IMG/VR virus record: IMGVR_UViG_3300012357_000001
Span: 1-64,000 of that record
DNA from: a virus
Length of the DNA: 64,000 nt
Direction: 5' to 3' (one strand)
Shown here in pieces: positions 18,826 through 25,273 of the stretch (its first letter is position 1; each line of letters opens with the position of its first letter). A program made the translations under genes and the position numbers. The notes under the pieces were generated by a model. It ran no database searches. It was not told the DNA's origin and worked only from the letters and a program-made list of their open reading frames with translations.

Positions 18826-21513
18826 ATGACCATCTCATCCGCCGCGGCCTTCGCCACCTCCACTGGAACCGCTCTCACGACCCAGGCCGTAACCGCGACT
18901 GCGGTGAACGACCTCTGGGTTGTCTTCATAGTCGTCAAGAGCGCGAGTATCACCACCACGGGAGTCTCCGGCGGAGGCGCCACGGGGTGGGTTGACGTAA
19001 CAGGGAACTGGCTGGACGGCACCGGCACGGCGAACGAGTCGGTCTGGATCGGCACCATGAACGCCACCGGTGCCCAGACGATCACCTTCACCTACTCGGG
19101 CAGCGTCACCGGCATCGCCATGGACATCGATGCCCATCCGTTCCACTCGACACTGGCCAGTCCCGTCTGGACTCCAGACGGTTTCGGCACCCTGTCCAAT
19201 GCATCATCGACCACTGTCAGCTTCCCCACGCTGGCGCCGTCGATCGACACCGTGAACGGCGAGCTCTACTGGGGCCACTCCCGTGTTCCGGGCAGCGCGG
19301 GCACGCCGCTGCCCTCCGGATTCGTGGCGAACAGCGACGCCAACGGCAACCCCGAGATGTACAACGTGGCGGTCACGGGGTCCGTGTCCCCGACGATGAC
19401 CCAGACGGCTGGCATATCGAACTCGATTGCCATCATGGTGTCCGACCACCTCGCTCTGGTACCCGCGCAGATGCCGCAGCGCCCCGTACTGCGGATCACC
19501 GGACCGTCGGCGCGGCGGCGTCCCGCACAGCCGCTGTCGTCGTCCATCCCCGTGGTCGCGGTCTCCCTGACGGACTCCGGCGCAGGATCGGACGCTCTCG
19601 CAGTCGCAGTGCCGCTGGCAGACACGGGTGCCGGAGCGGACAGCCTCGCACTCGCGACCGCCGTTGTCGACACCGGCGCGGGAACGGACTCCCTCACCCC
19701 GGCGGTAGCGTTCACCGACTCCGGTACCGCCGCCGACGCACTCGCTCTGTCGGTGCCCCTCGCAGACTCCGGCACGGCCGCGGACACGTCCGCCTTCACG
19801 ATCCTGATCGCCGATACCGGCGCCGGGAGCGACACACTCACCGTGGTCGCAACGATCCCGCTGCCGGACACCGGCGCCGGGTCGGACACGCTTGTCATCA
19901 CAGTGCCTCTAGCCGACGCTGGCACAGGCGCTGACGCGGTCTCAGCCGCTCCCGCTCTGCCTGACTCAGGAACCGGCTCAGACAGCCTCACAGCGCTTGT
20001 GGTGCCCTTGGCTGACTCGGGCACCGCGTCCAACACGATCGTCATCGCGATCGGCCTGGCGGACAGTGGAACCGGCGCCGACTCACTCACCGCCTCGATC
20101 ACCGTGGCACTGTCCGACTCCGGTACGGGCTCCGATGCGCTGTCGGTTACGATCCCCCTGACGGACAGCGGCACCGGCTCGGACACAGCCTCGGTGACCG
20201 CCACAGTGCCGCTGTCCGACACGGGCTCGGCCGCAGACACGGTCGTCATCGGCATCGCGGCGGCCGACTCGGGCACCGCGTCGGACGCTCTCGCGGTCTC
20301 GCCCAAGCTGTCGGACTCCGGCGCAGGCGCCGACACCTTCCTGACCGCCGTCGCCCTGTCCGACGTCGGCGCGGGATCCGACGCTCCCGCGGTCACCGTC
20401 CTGCTCCTCGACTCGGGCACCGGCCTCGACACGCTCGTGATCGGCACGCCGGTCGCCCTGGCGGACGCGGGCGCAGGCTCCGACTCGCTCACGGTCGTCG
20501 CCGCGGTCCCGCTGTCCGACACGGGCACGGGATCAGACGCCTCGGCCGTCGTGGTGCAGATGACGGACACCGGAGCCGGTTCTGACGGCCTCGCGGCCAC
20601 GGTCCTGCTGCCTGACACGGGCACGGCGTCGGACGCGCTCGTTGCCGCCATAGGGCTGTCGGACGGCGGCACCGGGGCGGACGCGACTGCGGTCATGTTC
20701 GGAGTCACGGACACCGGCGTCGGCTCGGACGCCGTTGTGATCGCGTTCCTGCTTCCCGACGCGGGCAGTGCCGCCGACGCACTCGCCCTGTCGGTTCCTC
20801 TTACCGATGCGGGATCGGCCGCGGACGCACTCACACCTGCAGTCGCATTCGTGGTCTCGGGCGCCGGAGCCGACGTCATGGCGATCCCCGCGGCCACAGT
20901 GCTGCTCGGAGACGCCGGTACCGCGGCCGACACCGTTGTGATTGCCCTCCACGTCGCCGACGTCGGTACCGGGGTCGACACCCTGTTCGTTCCGGCGCCG
21001 GGCTTCACCGGCACGGTGACGTGGCGAGCCGGTGCACTGCCGCGCAGATGGCAGACGGCGGCGCAGCGCACGCGATGGGCAGCCGAGCCTGTTGCGGGCA
21101 GATGGACAATAAAGGCGACCCAGCGGTGGGCTGCCAAGCCCGCCAGCGCGAGATGGAAGGCGGTGCTCGTGGCCGGTTTCACGCCGATCGCCTCGATCAG
21201 CCTGCAGGAGATCAACATCCTGTGGACGTCAGACCTGGCCGGTACGGTCGTCGACCCGACGGTCCTGCCGCTCGTCGTGCAGATGGCGTTCCCGGTCTCC
21301 AGTGGCAATCTGAACGCGCCAGCCCAGCCGGTGACCTGGTATGCAGCCAGTTGGCTGCCGTCCACCACCGTCAAGGGGTGGGTCGCTCAGTGCCTGGTGG
21401 GCCCGGGTGGCATGCTGACGCTGACGGCCGGACAGAGCTACGACGTGTGGTCGCAGATCCAGGGGTCACCGGAGATCCCCAAGGTCTTCGCGGGCGTCCA
21501 GCAGGTGTACTGA
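18826..21513 (+). CDS. tail-module protein with about 29 tandem 16-18-aa D-[ST]-G-x-[GA]-x-D repeats
   Basis: 895-aa track ORF. The repeat block spans aa 244-723, with globular N- and C-terminal domains on either side. Confidence 0.8.
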   Translation: MTISSAAAFATSTGTALTTQAVTATAVNDLWVVFIVVKSASITTTGVSGGGATGWVDVTGNWLDGTGTANESVWIGTMNATGAQTITFTYSGSVTGIAMDIDAHPFHSTLASPVWTPDGFGTLSNASSTTVSFPTLAPSIDTVNGELYWGHSRVPGSAGTPLPSGFVANSDANGNPEMYNVAVTGSVSPTMTQTAGISNSIAIMVSDHLALVPAQMPQRPVLRITGPSARRRPAQPLSSSIPVVAVSLTDSGAGSDALAVAVPLADTGAGADSLALATAVVDTGAGTDSLTPAVAFTDSGTAADALALSVPLADSGTAADTSAFTILIADTGAGSDTLTVVATIPLPDTGAGSDTLVITVPLADAGTGADAVSAAPALPDSGTGSDSLTALVVPLADSGTASNTIVIAIGLADSGTGADSLTASITVALSDSGTGSDALSVTIPLTDSGTGSDTASVTATVPLSDTGSAADTVVIGIAAADSGTASDALAVSPKLSDSGAGADTFLTAVALSDVGAGSDAPAVTVLLLDSGTGLDTLVIGTPVALADAGAGSDSLTVVAAVPLSDTGTGSDASAVVVQMTDTGAGSDGLAATVLLPDTGTASDALVAAIGLSDGGTGADATAVMFGVTDTGVGSDAVVIAFLLPDAGSAADALALSVPLTDAGSAADALTPAVAFVVSGAGADVMAIPAATVLLGDAGTAADTVVIALHVADVGTGVDTLFVPAPGFTGTVTWRAGALPRRWQTAAQRTRWAAEPVAGRWTIKATQRWAAKPASARWKAVLVAGFTPIASISLQEINILWTSDLAGTVVDPTVLPLVVQMAFPVSSGNLNAPAQPVTWYAASWLPSTTVKGWVAQCLVGPGGMLTLTAGQSYDVWSQIQGSPEIPKVFAGVQQVY
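19555..20994 (+). repeat. in-frame coding tandem repeats, about 29 units of 48-54 nt
   Basis: Units counted from the translated repeat D-[ST]-G-x-[GA]-x-D-x-L-x-V-x-V/I-P-L-x within 18826..21513. Confidence 0.8.
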
Positions 21514-21515
21514 GG

Positions 21516-21842
21516 ATGTTCGAGCTCGGGATATCCGCACTTCAAGCCAGTGCGGGCGCGATGCTGTGCCTGACCATCGTCCTGGTGCTCACCGGGAAGC
21601 TGGTCTGGCACAAACAACTGAAGGACGTCCGACAGGACTGCGACAAGCGGGTTGAGCAGTCGAACAACGAGGCGGCCCGCTGGCGCATCGCCTACGAATA
21701 CAGCGAGGAGGCGCGCAGGATCGATGCACGGCACGCAGAGCACCTACTGGAACTGGGCTATGCCAGCAACCGGATCATCGCTGCGCTACCCATCGCGCCC
21801 AAGGAGGAGCCAGATGCGTCTGCGCCTGCCGTGGAAAGATAA
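21516..21842 (+). CDS. membrane protein (N-terminal TM helix)
   Basis: M166 of track ORF 21021..21842, 3 nt after the upstream stop. TM segment AGAMLCLTIVLVLTGKLVW. Confidence 0.5.
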   Translation: MFELGISALQASAGAMLCLTIVLVLTGKLVWHKQLKDVRQDCDKRVEQSNNEAARWRIAYEYSEEARRIDARHAEHLLELGYASNRIIAALPIAPKEEPDASAPAVER

Positions 21843-22068
21843 GGAGGATGATTCCGGCCTACTGCAGGAGGGCCGGGATGGGATGCAAGAGGCTACGACC
21901 GCAGAGAGGGTCGCAAAGGAAGCGGTGGCCGAGGCCAAGGCCCGAGAGCCGGAAGTGCAGCGCCTGCTGAAGAGGGTCCGGGAGATGCAGCGGGTGAACC
22001 ACATCGGGGAACGCGTGGCAAAGGCGCTGCGCGACGGATACGAAGGAGAGGGGCAGCATGGTCATTGA
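21814..22068 (+). CDS. hypothetical protein
   Basis: RBS aaggagga at 21801-21808, then ATG 21814 (M55 of track ORF 21652..22068). Confidence 0.45.
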   Translation: MRLRLPWKDKEDDSGLLQEGRDGMQEATTAERVAKEAVAEAKAREPEVQRLLKRVREMQRVNHIGERVAKALRDGYEGEGQHGH

Positions 22069-22426
22069 CCTCCTGAAGTCTGGGTTCTTCGTCGCATTCT
22101 TCTGCTCGGTCGCGTACATCATCGGCTACAGCATCCTCGCCCCCTGGTGGAAAAACCCCTGGGGCCGCGGCATGGTGTCCTTCTCCGCAGCCAGCCAGCT
22201 GCTGCTGCTGCCGACCCTGCTGCACATCACGTTCGGTATCAACTTCAGCAGCGGATTCGCCGCCTGGTACTACATCGTGTCGCTCTACCTGGACGGGCTG
22301 ATCGAGGTATACCGACTCCGATGGGCCTACCGCATCCAGCAGCACGACACCCCGCGCGGACGCAGGCAGAACGAAGTGAACCGGGTCAGGGCAGATCACG
22401 ATGAGAGTGATCCGCTGAACCGTTGA
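22058..22426 (+). CDS. integral membrane protein (3-4 TM helices)
   Basis: Track ORF with several hydrophobic helices. Lies at the end of the tail block, so a holin-like or exclusion role is possible. Confidence 0.6.
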   Translation: MVIDLLKSGFFVAFFCSVAYIIGYSILAPWWKNPWGRGMVSFSAASQLLLLPTLLHITFGINFSSGFAAWYYIVSLYLDGLIEVYRLRWAYRIQQHDTPRGRRQNEVNRVRADHDESDPLNR

Positions 22427-22448
22427 CGTCAGCGGTTAGCATGTGGAT

Positions 22449-22712
22449 ATGCGCAGGCAGGATGTGGACCGCACCGTCGCGGCGATGGAGACGCTGCTGG
22501 AGTCCGGCGTCGAGCAGGTCGGTGTGCGCCGGGTGCTGCGGCTGCTCGGCCGCGACGTGCCCGACCGCGAGGGCGCACCAGAACCGCAGCCACGGCTCGA
22601 CCCGCGGGCGGATCCGATAACCGGCTGCCTGCCGGTGACAGCACAGGGAGGCCGGAATGACGGCTCAGGCAAGGAAGAGCACCGGGTCCGCCAAGGCGGC
22701 TTCCGCGGCTAA
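22449..22712 (+). CDS. possible small protein
   Basis: ATG 22449. High GC3 only in the first 40 or so codons. Overlaps the next gene by 56 nt. Confidence 0.3.
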   Translation: MRRQDVDRTVAAMETLLESGVEQVGVRRVLRLLGRDVPDREGAPEPQPRLDPRADPITGCLPVTAQGGRNDGSGKEEHRVRQGGFRG

Positions 22713-22866
22713 GGCCAAGAAGGCGCAGCCCGAGCTCGAGCCCACGCACCGGGTGATCCGGGAGATCGTGATCGACGGCGTTCCGTTCGCGGTCGACGAC
22801 CTCGTGGCCCTGGACGGGCTGAACGCGGCCGAGCTGGAGAGCCACGGCTACGTGCTGAAGGTGTGA
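22657..22866 (+). CDS. small protein with Lys/Ala-rich N-terminus
   Basis: Track ORF preceded by cacagggagg (22642-22651). Last + strand gene before the strand switch. Confidence 0.5.
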   Translation: MTAQARKSTGSAKAASAAKAKKAQPELEPTHRVIREIVIDGVPFAVDDLVALDGLNAAELESHGYVLKV

Positions 22867-22873
22867 ACGACGA

Positions 22874-22943
22874 GCTCCCCGGGCGGGTCTCGAACCCGCT
22901 CCCTCCGCGGCGCGCACCGCTTCGGGCCTCCAACTGCCGGGGA
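22874..22943 (-). other. tRNA-like element (acceptor stem + T arm, no canonical anticodon arm)
   Basis: On the - strand, TCCCCGG...GCGGG-TTCGAGA-CCCGC-CCGGGGA-G: a 7-bp acceptor pairing and a 5-bp T stem with a TTCGAGA loop. Lies between convergent genes. Confidence 0.4.
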
Positions 22944-22957
22944 CTGCAGCCTGCTGC

Positions 22958-23935
22958 TTACAGGGCACCCTGTTCGACCAGGTGCTCCCTGACCATGGCG
23001 TAATTGTCCGCGATGGCGTCCAACTCCACCCGCTCTCGTCCTTCGCGGTCTAGACGCACCTGGCGCAGGTCGTCGTCCAGGTGCTCGCGGATCTTCCCGT
23101 CCACCAGGTCGGTCAGCACCTGGGGCTCCAGCGCGTCCAGCTCCCAGCAGTCGGTACCGTACTGCTCGACGTAGCCGTCGAACCGGCTGTCGGTGGCCTT
23201 GGCGTAGTTGGGCGGCGGGTTGTACTGCTCAACCTGGTCCATCGTCAGCGCGATGCGCTCGACGTAGCACCGGCTGCCGAACAGTGCCAGCCGCTCCTGG
23301 ATGTCCCGGGGGATGTCGAGCCCGGTCGGGTCGTGGTCGCCCAGGTACAGGATCCGGGTCTTCACGCTGTCCCGCTCGAACCTCTTCAGCCGCAGGGCGG
23401 CGTCGTGGATCAGCGAGTGCGAGGGCGAGCCCTTGCACGCGGTGTAGCTGACGTCCAGCGGCGCCGCCGCACGGGCGATGACGTCGACCAGCGCGTCCTT
23501 CTCCACCCAGGCCTCCACGTGCTCGGGCTGGCCGTCCCAGTGGGTGATGCCGTACTGCTGCGCGATCGAGTTGACCGCACGCTCGGGGCTGGACCATCCG
23601 AAGTCGCCACCGGCCGACGCCCGGCCGCGGTCCTCGATGTGGTCCCAGTCGACGAGGCCGGAGACACGGCCGTCGGCGATCAGGTCGCCGAGCCACTTGT
23701 AATTCTGCTGGCAGTTCTTGGTGCCGGTGCCGTCCGGGTTGCCGGGGGTCCGCTTGCCAGCGGTGAAGTAGCGCTCATCGGGGAACGCGTCGGTGGCGAT
23801 GAACCGGTAGTAGAGCTGGCGCAGCGTCAGCCGCAGCCCCTGGTCCGCATACTGGTCGCAGATAGCGTCGGCGGCCTGCACGACCGCCAGTCCGGCGGGG
23901 GTGAACGACCGCATCTCATATCGGATCTTGCTCAT
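22958..23935 (-). CDS. Spo11 / topoisomerase VI subunit A-like protein (5Y-CAP + Toprim), orphan
   Basis: Three motifs in canonical order: LTLRQLYYRF (aa 37-46), AWVEKDALV (aa 142-150) and YLGDHDPTGLDI (aa 197-208). Start-associated motif at 23942-23953. Confidence 0.7.
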   Translation of the reverse strand: MSKIRYEMRSFTPAGLAVVQAADAICDQYADQGLRLTLRQLYYRFIATDAFPDERYFTAGKRTPGNPDGTGTKNCQQNYKWLGDLIADGRVSGLVDWDHIEDRGRASAGGDFGWSSPERAVNSIAQQYGITHWDGQPEHVEAWVEKDALVDVIARAAAPLDVSYTACKGSPSHSLIHDAALRLKRFERDSVKTRILYLGDHDPTGLDIPRDIQERLALFGSRCYVERIALTMDQVEQYNPPPNYAKATDSRFDGYVEQYGTDCWELDALEPQVLTDLVDGKIREHLDDDLRQVRLDREGRERVELDAIADNYAMVREHLVEQGAL

Positions 23936-23954
23936 GTGTGTCTTCCCTGATCTC

Positions 23955-24251
23955 TCAGTACGTCAGCCGGTAGGCCTTGGCCACGACCGCCCTGATAATG
24001 CGCTCCGTCGCGTCATTCGTATATTCGGTCCGCGGTCCGCATTCCACCGACCGCGAGCCGTACCAGCCGAGCCACTCGCGCACCCGGCTCTGCACCTGGC
24101 CGCGCTCCATGTACTCCGCAGGCCCGTACATCACGGCGTATTCAGCCTGGTCTGCGCCGCCCGTTGCGTTCACCAGCGCATCCCAGTAGATCGCCATCAG
24201 GCAGCCCAGGCTGAGCTGCTCGCGCACCTGGATCGTTGCGAAGTTCGTCAC
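23955..24251 (-). CDS. hypothetical protein
   Basis: Track ORF. GTG start overlaps the upstream stop (GTGA). Confidence 0.5.
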   Translation of the reverse strand: MTNFATIQVREQLSLGCLMAIYWDALVNATGGADQAEYAVMYGPAEYMERGQVQSRVREWLGWYGSRSVECGPRTEYTNDATERIIRAVVAKAYRLTY

Positions 24252-24832
24252 GACGTCGCCTCCGACGTGTTGTGGAACGTGGCGTACAGGTACGCCGCGA
24301 TCCCGTCGTCGTAGGCCTCGCGCTCCGAATCCAGCTTGTACGTGGGGCGCTGGTATGCGTTGGCGGCGTCCCTGATATCGCCGGGGCCGTAGCCGTGCTT
24401 GGTGTGCAGCTTGCGCGCGTAGACGAAGCCGTCATCCCACGCGCCCTTCGGCGCCACGGTGAACTCCGCCTTGAACTGCTCGGCTGGCATGCCCTCGTAG
24501 CCGGTGCCGGTCTGCGTGCGGATCACGACGCGGCCCGCGTACTGGGACGCGGCCCACACGTAGTCCTGCGGATCGGCGTTGCGGCGGTAGCGCATTCCGA
24601 CTTCGAGGTGCCTGGTATCCGTCATGATCTTCCTGTCTTCCCTGATCGTTACTTCTTGGCCCGGCGGGCGGGATCGGGCCGGGGTGAACTCGGCTTCGAA
24701 CTGCTCGACAGGCATGCCCATCCAGCCGGTCTTCGTGTGGACCAAGACGCTTCCGTCGCCCTTCGATGTGAGCCATACGTATTCGTGCGGCTCCGCGTTG
24801 CGACGGTACCTGCCTAGTTCTAGATCCGTCAT
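24248..24832 (-). CDS. protein with internal tandem duplication (possible second start at 24625)
   Basis: ATG 24832 is M14 of the track ORF. Two copies of about 55 aa (MTDLELGRYRRNAEPHEYVW... and MTDTRHLEVGMRYRRNADPQDYVW...), each preceded by the TCAGGGA motif. Confidence 0.6.
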   Translation of the reverse strand: MTDLELGRYRRNAEPHEYVWLTSKGDGSVLVHTKTGWMGMPVEQFEAEFTPARSRPPGQEVTIREDRKIMTDTRHLEVGMRYRRNADPQDYVWAASQYAGRVVIRTQTGTGYEGMPAEQFKAEFTVAPKGAWDDGFVYARKLHTKHGYGPGDIRDAANAYQRPTYKLDSEREAYDDGIAAYLYATFHNTSEATS

Positions 24833-24861
24833 GATCTTCCCTGTCCCTGATCTTGGTGTAT

Positions 24862-24878
24862 CTGATGACAACTACAAC
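24862..24878 (-). promoter_or_regulatory. class-1 promoter-like box, variant (GTTGTAGTTGTCATCAG)
   Basis: -10-like TGTAGT followed by the conserved TGTCATCAG, 30 nt upstream of ATG 24832 and right after the stop of 24872..25201. Confidence 0.5.
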
Positions 24879-25201
24879 TTAGCAGACTCCCCGGCCTTGG
24901 CGGAAGGGTACTTCCACCCGGATCCGTAGGGGCCGGGGATGCCCCGGCGAAGCCAGCTGTCCACCTGCTCGATGTCGAACCACCGGTAGCCGCGCGGCGA
25001 GCCGTCGACCTTGTGGGTGATATCCACAGGCTGTGGAAAAGCCTCTCCGGCCGCGTTCTTGGTGCCGCGGTGCCACCAGTCCCGGATCCGTCGGCGGTCC
25101 AGCGGCGGGTCGATGGCGTAGCGCTCAGACAGGATGGCCGCCAGGCCCTGGAATCCGGCCCTGCCGTCCTTCTCCTCCCACAGCCTGCCGACGGGCGACA
25201 T
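24872..25201 (-). CDS. possible excisionase/MerR-like winged-helix DNA-binding protein
   Basis: Track ORF with RBS aggagaggag upstream. The C-terminal pattern YRWFDIEQVDSWL is reminiscent of Xis/AlpA-type HTH proteins. Weak call. Confidence 0.4.
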   Translation of the reverse strand: MSPVGRLWEEKDGRAGFQGLAAILSERYAIDPPLDRRRIRDWWHRGTKNAAGEAFPQPVDITHKVDGSPRGYRWFDIEQVDSWLRRGIPGPYGSGWKYPSAKAGESAKL

Positions 25202-25228
25202 CGCACCGTCTCCTCTCCTACACGGGGG

Positions 25229-25258
25229 CAGGGCCGCCGCCTGGCGGCGGCGACCCTG
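25229..25258 (-). terminator. terminator-like hairpin after the DUF932-like gene
   Basis: 8-bp stem GCCGCCGC/GCGGCGGC extended by CAGGG/CCCTG, 16 nt after stop 25274-25276. No clear U tract. Confidence 0.5.
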
Positions 25259-25273
25259 CGGTCAACTACTAGG

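Noticed and set aside
19555-20994. The 48-54-nt periodic DNA repeat as a non-coding VNTR or assembly artefact.
   Set aside because: The repeats keep one reading frame for 480 codons, with conserved amino-acid positions and synonymous-type divergence between units. That pattern indicates a selected protein repeat rather than a collapsed or expanded assembly error. Copy-number errors cannot be excluded without reads.
19266-21374. Very long antisense or out-of-frame ORFs, e.g. 19266..21374 (-), 7831..9603 (-), 9789..11345 (-), 59864..61219 (-), 6378..7814 (+) and 33329..35302 (+).
   Set aside because: They overlap genes with clear motifs on the other strand or frame (tape measure protein, portal, polymerase and others). 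Their translations are Arg/Gly/Pro/Ala-dominated, and they lack start signals. This is the typical open-frame artefact of high-GC DNA.
22412-22435. The hairpin CCGCTGA...TCAGCGG overlapping the stop of 22058..22426, as a terminator of the tail block.
   Set aside because: It has only a 7-bp stem with a 10-nt loop and no T tract, and two further + strand ORFs follow. This is too weak to annotate.
22874-22943. The tRNA-like element as evidence for an attP site and a temperate lifestyle.
   Set aside because: No integrase, excisionase pair or repressor was recognised anywhere in the 64 kb. Without a matching host tRNA sequence the attP reading is unsupported. It is kept only as one of several hypotheses in the findings.
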